This document shows, one piece after another, positions 28,941-36,999 of a stretch of DNA of 64,000 nucleotides. The notes below the pieces were generated by a model. The model ran no database searches. It saw only the letters and a list, made by a program, of their open reading frames with translations, and was not told the DNA's origin. Source of the stretch: Candidatus Rifleibacterium amylolyticum (GTDB taxonomy: Bacteria > Muiribacteriota > Ozemobacteria > Ozemobacterales > Ozemobacteraceae). Where the stretch lies: positions 211,321-275,320 of the forward strand of contig JAACJG010000004.1 in NCBI GenBank assembly GCA_009917695.1, written 5' to 3'. The position numbers were made by a program, and so were the translations under genes. The first letter of the stretch is position 1. The number at the start of each line of letters is the position of its first letter.

Positions 28941-30223
28941 ATGCGGAAGCATTGAAGGCTGCCGAAAAAGTTTTTCCCGGTGGCGTGAACAGCCCGGTTC
29001 GTGCTTTCAAATCGGTTGGTGGCAGCCCACTTTTTATCAAAAGAGCCTCCGGCAGCAGAATCTTTGATGTCGAGGGGCGCGAATATCTTGATTATGTTGG
29101 CTCGTGGGGGCCAATGATTCTCGGCCATGCCGACCCTGATGTTATCGCTGCGGTTACCCGTACCGCCGCCTCGGGTTTGAGTTTCGGTGCACCTACTGAA
29201 GCTGAGACTGAACTGGCTCATCTGGTGCGCGAAGCTTTTCCGGTTATCGAGAAAATGCGCCTGGTCAACTCAGGTACCGAAGCCACCATGTCAGCAGTTC
29301 GTCTGGCACGAGGCTTTACCGGCAGGCCACTTATCGTGAAATTTGACGGCGCCTACCACGGACACGCTGATTCGTTACTGGTTTCAGCCGGTTCTGGCGT
29401 AGCTACTCTCGCCATACCTGGTTGCCCCGGCATTCCCGAGAGTATCGCTGCCTGCACTCTTGTTTTGCCGTTCAATAATATTGCAGCTTTACAGGCCTGC
29501 TTCGAAAAGCATGCCGGTCAGATCGCCGGCGTCATTGTTGAACCGGTCTGTGGCAATATTGGTGTAGTAAACCCTGCTGACGGTTATCTCGCGGCTTTGC
29601 GCAAGCTGTGCAGCGAGCACGGCGCTCTGTTGATTTTTGACGAAGTCATGACCGGCTTCAGAAGCTGTTTCGGCGGTGTCAGCAATCTCACCGAAGTTTG
29701 CCCCGACCTGACCTGTCTCGGCAAGATCGTTGGCGGCGGTATGCCACTGGCCATCTACGGAGGCCGCGCTGAAATAATGGCGCATATCGCTCCCGATGGC
29801 CCGGTCTATCAGGCCGGAACTCTCGCTGGCAACCCGGTTGCTGTAGCTGCCGGTATTGCCACTCTCAAAAAGATCAAGTCACAGCCGCATTTTTACGAAC
29901 ATCTGCTGGCTCGCGCTGGCAAACTCGAGGCCGGCATCGCTGCCGCCGCCGCAACTGCCGGTTTCAAAGCCGTCTCAAACCGTTTCGGCTCGATGTTTAC
30001 CATGTTTTTTACCGACCAGCCGGTTGTGGATTACGCGACAGCAAAAACTTCCAATACTGCTCTGTTCGCCCGCTGGTTTCGTGGCATGCTCGCCGAAGGC
30101 GTCTATCTCGCGCCCTCACAGTTCGAGGCCGCTTTCCTCTCGGCAGCCCACAGCGACGCCGATATCCACCATACCATAGTAGCCGCCACCCACGTCTTCA
30201 AGCAGCTCGCCGCCGGGAAGTAA
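28937..30223 (+). CDS. hemL: Glutamate-1-semialdehyde 2,1-aminomutase
   Basis: Class-III aminotransferase with the HemL signature (YHGHADSLLV...FDEVMTGFR; the lysine lies in LTCLGKIVGGGMP). An ATGA overlap joins it to the upstream gene. Confidence 0.9.
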   Translation: MNAEALKAAEKVFPGGVNSPVRAFKSVGGSPLFIKRASGSRIFDVEGREYLDYVGSWGPMILGHADPDVIAAVTRTAASGLSFGAPTEAETELAHLVREAFPVIEKMRLVNSGTEATMSAVRLARGFTGRPLIVKFDGAYHGHADSLLVSAGSGVATLAIPGCPGIPESIAACTLVLPFNNIAALQACFEKHAGQIAGVIVEPVCGNIGVVNPADGYLAALRKLCSEHGALLIFDEVMTGFRSCFGGVSNLTEVCPDLTCLGKIVGGGMPLAIYGGRAEIMAHIAPDGPVYQAGTLAGNPVAVAAGIATLKKIKSQPHFYEHLLARAGKLEAGIAAAAATAGFKAVSNRFGSMFTMFFTDQPVVDYATAKTSNTALFARWFRGMLAEGVYLAPSQFEAAFLSAAHSDADIHHTIVAATHVFKQLAAGK

Positions 30224-30250
30224 AGAAAGAGTTTATCCGCGCATAATGAC

Positions 30251-30293
30251 TAAAAAATAAAAACCCGGGCAGTTGCAGATGCGACTGCCCGGG
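30251..30293 (-). terminator. Rho-independent terminator for the minus-strand pilin-like gene. The hairpin is shared with the 3' end of hemL.
   Basis: CCCGGGCAGT-tgcagatgcg-ACTGCCCGGG; the minus strand reads TTTTTATTTTTTA after the hairpin. Confidence 0.6.
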
Positions 30294-30312
30294 TAACTTC
30301 AAGCACATTAGA

Positions 30313-31164
30313 TCATTTGGGTTTGATTTTGACCGGGTTGGTTCGAATTGCGTAGCGCAATGGCTTGGTCGCATCAGTAGGAACATATTCAACTTCGGTT
30401 CTGATCAAATTGAAGCCGGAGTTTTCACGGTCGTATTTTACTTCACGATATTTGTGAAGCACGTTCAGTTCGTCTTTGAGAGCAAGTGCATGAACACCGA
30501 GTTTTACGGTAGTTCCAGCCTGCACTTCACAGATGAATACAGTATCAGTAGCCTGGGTTTCCGACCATGCCGGGTGGGGCTGCTTAAATGTCATGTTAAG
30601 TACTGGAATTGGATCGGTAGCAACCTCGTTGTTTTCATAGATTATGAAATCATTGGCGCTGATATCACCTTGAATATAAACTGATTTGTTGAAATGAAAA
30701 TACAACAGGTCAGTTTCGCTTATCGTTCTGTCATTGTCGAGGTCTTCCCATTCGATCTTGTTCAGTGCAAGATCTTTGACATAGTATTCGCGTATGTCAT
30801 CACTTTTTGATGAGCTCGGACCTTCGCTGTAGACAAAGCATGCATAGGGATCGAGTTTATAGTTCTTGCCCCAGGGATCAGTCGGAATAAAGGTGAGGTA
30901 ACGGCCCATCAGCCCGTTGAAGTCTTTTTCTCCGAGTGTTGGAAGAGGGTTTGCCGTGTCTGTGCCAATAATGCCGAGGTATGGCAGGTCTTCCTGAGAA
31001 TTGTGCAATACGACAGCCTGTTTAAGGGCGTCGAGGTCCTGCAACGCTTTGGAGCGCTTGCTGTCTTTGACATAGTCAGAGTAGTATGGGGTTGCCACAC
31101 CGACGAGAATGGCGATGATGACCACCACCACCAGAAGTTCAATGAGCGAGAAGCCGCGTTTCAT
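30313..31164 (-). CDS. Large prepilin-type N-terminal cleavage/methylation domain protein (GspG-like pseudopilin paralog with a C-terminal extension)
   Basis: MKRGFSLIELLVVVVIIAILVGVATPYY has the prepilin peptidase site G|F and E at +5. A GspG-like DPWGKNY motif is present. The ATG at 31164 is 8 nt after AAGGAG; the ORF-track start at 31173 is a GTG inside the RBS. Confidence 0.65.
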   Translation of the reverse strand: MKRGFSLIELLVVVVIIAILVGVATPYYSDYVKDSKRSKALQDLDALKQAVVLHNSQEDLPYLGIIGTDTANPLPTLGEKDFNGLMGRYLTFIPTDPWGKNYKLDPYACFVYSEGPSSSKSDDIREYYVKDLALNKIEWEDLDNDRTISETDLLYFHFNKSVYIQGDISANDFIIYENNEVATDPIPVLNMTFKQPHPAWSETQATDTVFICEVQAGTTVKLGVHALALKDELNVLHKYREVKYDRENSGFNLIRTEVEYVPTDATKPLRYAIRTNPVKIKPK

Positions 31165-31282
31165 AATCAGCACTCCTTCGAGAGGTATGCAGGAATAGAA
31201 AATTCCAATTCAGACCACTTATCGACAATATAAAGACAAAATATTATCTAAAATATCAGCTAAATCAAGGCATTTGTTATTA

Positions 31283-31306
31283 CTCGTGCTCGTAATCGTA
31301 ATCGTT
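31283..31306. repeat. Copy of the CGTAATCG-rich interspersed motif TCGTGCTCGTAATCGTAATCGTT
   Basis: The same roughly 25-mer recurs at 44728, 44947 and 47777. Confidence 0.5.
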
Positions 31307-31364
31307 GGCCTGGCCGCGCACCATCCTGTGGCGACCATGCGTTCGCGACATCCTGTCGCTCTCG

Positions 31365-33044
31365 TTACTTCCCGCGTAACTGGTCGCGCTTGGCGCTGGC
31401 TTCGTTATCAGTATAGTAACCGTAGCGCTTGAGTTTGGTCACGCATTTGAGTGCTTCGCTCGTGTTCCCGCGCTCTTCGTAAAAATCCATCAGCTCTTCG
31501 ATGAGCTTGCGGTCTTTCTTATATTCCTTGCGGGTCAGAAGAGCCATGATCGCCACTTCACGCAGGCGGTCGTTTTCGCCGTTATAAGCAAGGTTCATGA
31601 GCTCTTCATCGCTGACACTCGAATATTTGGGGTCGATTTCTTTCTTTGTGCCGAACAGAGCCAGGTTGTCGCGGGCAAATTTGTCTTTGAGCTCTTTTTC
31701 GGTCATTTCTTTGCCATAGGCAGTGCCCGGATTAACCTTGTAATATTTTCTGAATACGGCCAGCGCCTGATTATAGTAACCTCGCTCTTCATAGAAGCGC
31801 CGCAGACCGTCGAGTGCTTCGGCATCCTCCTTGTTGCGATCTATCAGTTCGTAGTAAGTTGCTTCGATGTCAGCGTCGGTGTTGCCTGATTCCATGAGCT
31901 TCATCTCAAGCTTGCGTGATTCGAGGCGTTTCTTGGTCTCTTCGATTTCATCGAGTTCCATGCGTGCCTGATCGCCAAATTTGGGGTCGCGCCGCAGCAT
32001 GTTGAGAAAGTTTTCGGCATTGGCAAAATCTTCACCTTTGAGATAGATTTCAGCAGAACGCATAATGCCTTCAGCGAAATCCTTGTTCATGTTGTAGGCC
32101 TGCAGGTAAGACTTGATCGCTTCGTCATAGCGGCCCATGTCTTCATAGAGTCGGCCAAGCTCAAAATAGCCAGTTGCCGGGTCGGCGTTCTTGCGAATCT
32201 CCTTTTTGTATTCGGCAATTGCTTCTTCGACTTTGCCACTCTTTTCTAGATTACGCGCGAGGTCATAACCTATGAGCTCTTTGATTTCCGGGTCGCGGCG
32301 ACCGAGTTTGCGTGCAGTTTCATAATGTTCCGCGGCTTTATCGGCGTTTTGTACGCTTTCGTAAGCTCTGGCCAGCAGCCAGTGCGTTTCGGCATGTTTC
32401 TGGTCAAAGAGCAGGGCCTGCTCAAGAATCTCGATTGCTTCGCGGGCAGAATCGAGATCAATGAGCACAGCGCCGAGACCGCGTAACACGTCGGGATTGT
32501 CGGGCTGTGCCTGCCTGGCCTGTGTCAACATTTCTCGGGCATCTTTAAGGTTTCCCTGCTCGAGCTGATACATACCGAGGCGTGACAGTGCTTTGCCGTT
32601 GCCGGGTTCGAGCGCAAGTGCGCTTTCGTAATGCTCTATCGCCTCGTCAGATTTATTGCGGGCATCGAGCAGCTCACCCATGCGCACATGAATGTCAGCT
32701 GACTTGGGGAAGCCGAGCAGCGCAGTTTCGAAATGGCGCAGAGCCTGGGTGGGCGAGCCTTCCTGCGAGATCATGATGCCAAGATAATAGTGCGCCATAA
32801 ACTCCTCTGGCGATTTACGCACTATTGCCCGCAGCGACTTGATTACTTCAGCTTTTTCCTTTTTATTGCCAATCTGAAAATCGCGCCAGGCTTTGTCGTA
32901 AAAAGCTTCTGATATCTGCACCGGTTCAGGCGCCAGCGGGATCTTTTTGCGGCGCACAGCGGCAGATAGATCGGAGGCTGCAAAAATGCAGCAGAGCGCA
33001 AAGCTCAGTATCAGCAGTTCCGACAGTCTGGTTCTGGTCTTCAT
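31365..33044 (-). CDS. Secreted TPR repeat protein
   Basis: A signal peptide (MKTRTRLSELLILSFALCCIFAASDLSAA) precedes twelve or more TPR units (AHYYLGIMISQEG..., AETHWLLARAYES..., and others). Confidence 0.7.
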   Translation of the reverse strand: MKTRTRLSELLILSFALCCIFAASDLSAAVRRKKIPLAPEPVQISEAFYDKAWRDFQIGNKKEKAEVIKSLRAIVRKSPEEFMAHYYLGIMISQEGSPTQALRHFETALLGFPKSADIHVRMGELLDARNKSDEAIEHYESALALEPGNGKALSRLGMYQLEQGNLKDAREMLTQARQAQPDNPDVLRGLGAVLIDLDSAREAIEILEQALLFDQKHAETHWLLARAYESVQNADKAAEHYETARKLGRRDPEIKELIGYDLARNLEKSGKVEEAIAEYKKEIRKNADPATGYFELGRLYEDMGRYDEAIKSYLQAYNMNKDFAEGIMRSAEIYLKGEDFANAENFLNMLRRDPKFGDQARMELDEIEETKKRLESRKLEMKLMESGNTDADIEATYYELIDRNKEDAEALDGLRRFYEERGYYNQALAVFRKYYKVNPGTAYGKEMTEKELKDKFARDNLALFGTKKEIDPKYSSVSDEELMNLAYNGENDRLREVAIMALLTRKEYKKDRKLIEELMDFYEERGNTSEALKCVTKLKRYGYYTDNEASAKRDQLRGK

Positions 33045-33170
33045 AATTACTCCTTATGCTCGTCATAGTAACCACCTGTTACCATGGTATACAGACAAGC
33101 AGTATTTAAGCTAAAAGTAACACGCCTTTCCTGCGAATGCAAAGAAAGGCGTGAAATGATGGCGAAGCAG

Positions 33171-33623
33171 TTACAGACTGGCCGGACCCTGCAGCAATAC
33201 TCTGGCGCCTGAAATCACTGAATAGAGAGCGACAATCAGGCTGAAATAGAAGAGGTAAAAGTGAAAACGTCTGATGTTTGCCTGAGCTTTCGCTTTCTTC
33301 GGGTTCTTGATCGACTTGCCGACGAACATGTTAGCCAGCAGTATGCCAAGAAGAATGGCGCCGGCAAAGCCGTGCCCGTAGGTGCGCTGAAAGATTTCCT
33401 TTACGCCCAGAAACTGAACCAGGCTGAAGATGCCGCCGAGAAGACCGACGAAGATCAGGCCGGTGATCAGCTTGCTCAGCTTCAGGTGCTGCTGAAGAAT
33501 TAGATCGTGCTGATCTGCTTCGGGTGATTTGGGGTTGATGGCCAGTGCCTGTTTGCCGAGGCGATGAATGTGGATCACGGCGGCAAGCAGAGCCAGCATG
33601 AAGATTGGGTGCAAATACTGCAT
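33171..33623 (-). CDS. Small integral membrane protein (4 TM), hypothetical
   Basis: An AGGAG RBS 7 nt upstream; four hydrophobic helices; no family recognised. Confidence 0.5.
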   Translation of the reverse strand: MQYLHPIFMLALLAAVIHIHRLGKQALAINPKSPEADQHDLILQQHLKLSKLITGLIFVGLLGGIFSLVQFLGVKEIFQRTYGHGFAGAILLGILLANMFVGKSIKNPKKAKAQANIRRFHFYLFYFSLIVALYSVISGARVLLQGPASL

Positions 33624-33637
33624 AGCTGAACTCCTGC

Positions 33638-35686
33638 TTAAAGTTTGAATTTTCCAATATCGAAGTCGTCGAGATCGAATGGGTCTTTGGCCGGTTTTTT
33701 GCCGCCCTTGGGCTTCTCTTCGACCGGGCTGTCGAGATCGATAATGTTGTCGAGGTTGAACGGGTTATCATCAACTGGCGCGGCAGGTTTCCCTGCTGCC
33801 GGCTTTTTGCCGCCTGCCGCCGGTTTGGCTGGCGCTGCCGGTGCGGCCGGCTGGTCGTCACTCGGGAATACCTCAAGAACGTCGAGATCAAGGTCAAGAC
33901 TGGCAAACGGGTCTTTGCCGCCTTCTCCGCCAGGACTGCCGGTGCCGAGACCAAGATCCGCCTCAGAGAACAGCGCTGCAAATGGATCTTTGCTTTCTTT
34001 GCCGGTCGAAGTTTTCGGCTTCATCGGCGGCAGCGGAGTATCGTCGTCTTCGAAGCCGGTAGCTTCATCAGCCGGTTTCATCGGTGGCAACGGCGTGTCG
34101 TCAAGGCTGGCAAAGGGGTCGGGTTCTTTGGCCGGCGCTGGCTTTGCCGGGGCGGGTCTGGGCGCTGGCGCCGGTTTGGCTGGCTGCGTCGGTTTCGCTT
34201 CCGGCTTCATTGGTGGCAGCAGGTCGGCCAGGTCGTCGGCAAATTCATCGGCAGCCGGCGCGGCGGCTGGCTGTGGAGGCTGCTTCGGCGCGGCCGGCGC
34301 TGGTTTCATCGGCGGCAGCAGGTCGGAAAGGTCATCGAGTGGCAACTCCGGCTCTGGCGAGGCTTCTGCCGGCGCCGAAAAGTTGTCGAGTGAATCGAGA
34401 TTGATGTCAGGCACTCCCGCGTCAGCTGTCGTAGATGACTGATTGGCAGCATTCTGAGCAAGTGTTTCGTCTGATGTCTCTTTTCCTGACTGGCTGAGAT
34501 TATCGATCAACGAGCCGAACAGATCGTCGCCGAGACCCTCTTGCTTCATGAAATCAGGCGTTGGCACGGCCGGCGATCCTGATTCAGCTGGAGTGGGCGC
34601 AGTTGCGGTCACTGCTGGCGCATCCAGGTCAAGATTGAGATTGTCTAAATTCATGCTCTCATCGACAGCTTCAGGGGGGGGCGGTGGAGCAGCCGGCCTG
34701 GGCGCAGGAGCAGGTTTAGCCGGAGCCGGTTTTGGCGGCGCGGCAGCCGGATGAACCGGCCTGGCAGGCGTAATCGCCGGCTTTTCAGCAGGTTTTGCCG
34801 CCGGGAAAGCCGGAGAACTGTCATCTTCATTCTGTGTCTGGACAGGTCGTTCTGAAACTGCTGGCTTAGCCATGTTTTCAGCTGGTCTGGCCGGAGCTGC
34901 CGGCATGGGAGGTGCAGCGGGGGCAGGCTTTGTCGTTGGCGCCGCCGGGCTGGACGGCATTGCCGTCTTTGTCGTTGCTGGCTGTGGAACGACTGGGGCT
35001 ACCGGTGTGACCGGCCTGGCTGGAGTTGCTGGCGCGGCCGGAATTGCCGGAGAAATTGGCGCCGGAGTAGCAGGAATTGGTTGAACTTGGCCGGTCGGCG
35101 GAAACGCCGGGGCTTGCGGCGCTGAGATTACTGGTGGCGCAGCGGCAACAGGTGCCGGTATTGGAGCCGGTTCTTTCTTTAAACCAATATTGGCAGGCGC
35201 GGAAGGCGTGGCCATTGGTTTTCGTTTTATAATAGGTTTGACTGGCGGAATCGGGCGGCGCGGGCGGCCTGAGCCTTTTGCCGATGCGGCCAGCGGTTTC
35301 CCGCAACAGGGGCAGAATCTGATGACCATGTCGCATTCATCGCAATAGAGGCCATCGCCGCTGGCGATGTTGGAGGCTGATGTGCCTGAAGCTGATGCCT
35401 GCGGCTGATTAGATGATTCCCAGGTGCCGCTTTCGCCTTTGCTCCAGTTGTCAAGTTCAAAGACGAGGTCTTTGACTCCGGCAACCTTTCTGATACTGGA
35501 TTCAATGAATTTGAGCTCAATAGCGATTTCGTCGACGGTTTTTTCGATGCCGACAAAGGCAAGTTCACCCTGCAGGGTGACGACCCCGGCATTTACCGGA
35601 AATTTTATTTTGCCGAGATCGACTCGCCGCCCAGCCAGTTCACGTCTGACGGCAGCTCCGATCCCAAGGTCAGTGGCCTCCTTCAA
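33638..35686 (-). CDS. BON-domain plus zinc-ribbon protein with an approximately 550-aa Pro/Ala-rich intrinsically disordered tail carrying repeated LPPMKP and DPF(A/D)xL motifs
   Basis: A TTG start 6 nt after GGAGG. The N-terminal BON-like fold (VNAGVVTLQGELAFVGIEKTVDEIAIELKFIESSIRKVAGVKDLVFEL) is followed by CDECDMVIRFCPCCGKPL and then low-complexity sequence with four LPPMKP and four DPF motifs. There is no signal peptide and no TM segment. Confidence 0.6.
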   Translation of the reverse strand: MKEATDLGIGAAVRRELAGRRVDLGKIKFPVNAGVVTLQGELAFVGIEKTVDEIAIELKFIESSIRKVAGVKDLVFELDNWSKGESGTWESSNQPQASASGTSASNIASGDGLYCDECDMVIRFCPCCGKPLAASAKGSGRPRRPIPPVKPIIKRKPMATPSAPANIGLKKEPAPIPAPVAAAPPVISAPQAPAFPPTGQVQPIPATPAPISPAIPAAPATPARPVTPVAPVVPQPATTKTAMPSSPAAPTTKPAPAAPPMPAAPARPAENMAKPAVSERPVQTQNEDDSSPAFPAAKPAEKPAITPARPVHPAAAPPKPAPAKPAPAPRPAAPPPPPEAVDESMNLDNLNLDLDAPAVTATAPTPAESGSPAVPTPDFMKQEGLGDDLFGSLIDNLSQSGKETSDETLAQNAANQSSTTADAGVPDINLDSLDNFSAPAEASPEPELPLDDLSDLLPPMKPAPAAPKQPPQPAAAPAADEFADDLADLLPPMKPEAKPTQPAKPAPAPRPAPAKPAPAKEPDPFASLDDTPLPPMKPADEATGFEDDDTPLPPMKPKTSTGKESKDPFAALFSEADLGLGTGSPGGEGGKDPFASLDLDLDVLEVFPSDDQPAAPAAPAKPAAGGKKPAAGKPAAPVDDNPFNLDNIIDLDSPVEEKPKGGKKPAKDPFDLDDFDIGKFKL

Positions 35687-35811
35687 TTTTGGCCTCCAGT
35701 TCTCAAGTCAGTTGAATATAGAGTCGCACGGCAAATTCTAGATTTGCACAATTCATTTTAAGAATCGGCAAAGTCGTGAAAATTTCTTAATCTTATCTGC
35801 ACATAAAAGAA

Positions 35812-36729
35812 TTATAGCGCAAAGGCTGCGCTAAATTCAGCAACATTCTTAAAGACAGTGGCGCGTTGTGCGGGGTCGGCAAGGTTGAAAAGCGGCGGGC
35901 CAGGCCGGCGTCTCAGCCATGTTTCCTGGCGCTTGGCATATTGCCGGGTATGAATTACGATTGCTTCGCGGGTTGCCGTTAGGTCAGCCTTGCCGTCGAG
36001 CAGATCGAACCATTCACTGTAACCAATAGAATTGAGGCCGGGCGCCTGTCTGCCGTATTTGTCGATGAGTCCGCGTACCTCGTTTTCCAGCCCAGCTGCA
36101 ATCATTTCGTCAACCCGCCGCCCAATTGCTTTGTGAAGTTCATCGCGCGGGCGAGTTACGACTACTGGCATAAATAGCGCTTCTGGCAGCGGTGATACGC
36201 GTTTGTTCTCAGCAAGTGGCCGCCCGGTGTTCGTTACAATCTCTATTGCCCGCAGAACGCGCCGTGGATTATTGACATCTATCTGGCTGGAAGCAGCAGG
36301 GTCGAGTCTTTGCAGCTGATCGAGCATAGCGGCGAGGCCTTTTGTCTGCAATTCCTGCTGCAGGCGCTGTGACAGCTCAATGTCATTGCCGGCAGCACCG
36401 AGGCCTTCGGCGAGCGCATCATAATAAAAGCCAGTGCCGCCGACCAGCAGTGGAATTTTTGCGCGTTGCCATATCTGTCTGATGGTCTTCGCAGCCGATT
36501 CGGCATATTCGGCGGCACTGAACGACCGGTCTGGCGCTATTATGCTGAAGAGATGATGCGGCGCCTGCGCCATCTCAGACTGAGTCGGGTGAGCAGTTCC
36601 GATCAGCATTTCGCTGTAAATCTGCCGCGAATCACAGTTGACTATTTCACAGCCGTGCCTGGCGGCAATTTCAAGCGCCAGACCGGTCTTGCCTGACGCC
36701 GTCGGCCCCAGCACCGCCATAACGGGCAT
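35812..36729 (-). CDS. miaA: tRNA dimethylallyltransferase
   Basis: MPVMAVLGPTASGKTGLALEIAARHGCEIVNCDSRQIYSEMLIGTAHPT is the canonical MiaA P-loop and N-terminus. Confidence 0.85.
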   Translation of the reverse strand: MPVMAVLGPTASGKTGLALEIAARHGCEIVNCDSRQIYSEMLIGTAHPTQSEMAQAPHHLFSIIAPDRSFSAAEYAESAAKTIRQIWQRAKIPLLVGGTGFYYDALAEGLGAAGNDIELSQRLQQELQTKGLAAMLDQLQRLDPAASSQIDVNNPRRVLRAIEIVTNTGRPLAENKRVSPLPEALFMPVVVTRPRDELHKAIGRRVDEMIAAGLENEVRGLIDKYGRQAPGLNSIGYSEWFDLLDGKADLTATREAIVIHTRQYAKRQETWLRRRPGPPLFNLADPAQRATVFKNVAEFSAAFAL

Positions 36730-36894
36730 TTTCTCAGCGCTTCGTGTTGCTGATTCTCTATCAAATTTGCATTGCATGATTAAATCTCTTAAATTCTCAA
36801 CAAGTTCAGCAGTAAAAGTAAGGGCGCAGGCAGGTCTTTATAATCACTATTCTCAAAGACTAGTCCACGGTCACATAAGAGTTCACGGTTCAAA

Positions 36895-36965
36895 GTCATT
36901 GCGAGCGAAGCGAAGCAATCCTTCTACTAATAGGATTGCTTCGTCGCTACGCTCCTCGCAATGAC
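36895..36965. repeat. 71-bp palindromic element (GTCATTGCGAG...CTCGCAATGAC) between mutL and miaA; member of the GTCATT REP-like family
   Basis: Perfect 11-bp terminal inverted repeats plus an internal imperfect stem (CGAAGCAATCCT/AGGATTGCTTCG). Confidence 0.6.
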
Positions 36966-36999
36966 TGTTTTTAAACACACGTTCAAATTTGACAAAGCA

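Noticed and set aside
28416-28952. 178-aa minus-strand ORF across ahbB
   Set aside because: It is antisense to the AsnC-like decarboxylase subunit, which has a clear family signature.
33645-35084. Several plus-strand ORFs (33645-34442, 34084-34404, 34548-34754, 34872-35084) rich in Gly/Ala/Ser
   Set aside because: They are the antisense reading of the GC-rich, Pro/Ala-coding disordered tail of the minus-strand BON protein. They are low-complexity, have no RBS, and are fully overlapped by a better-supported gene.
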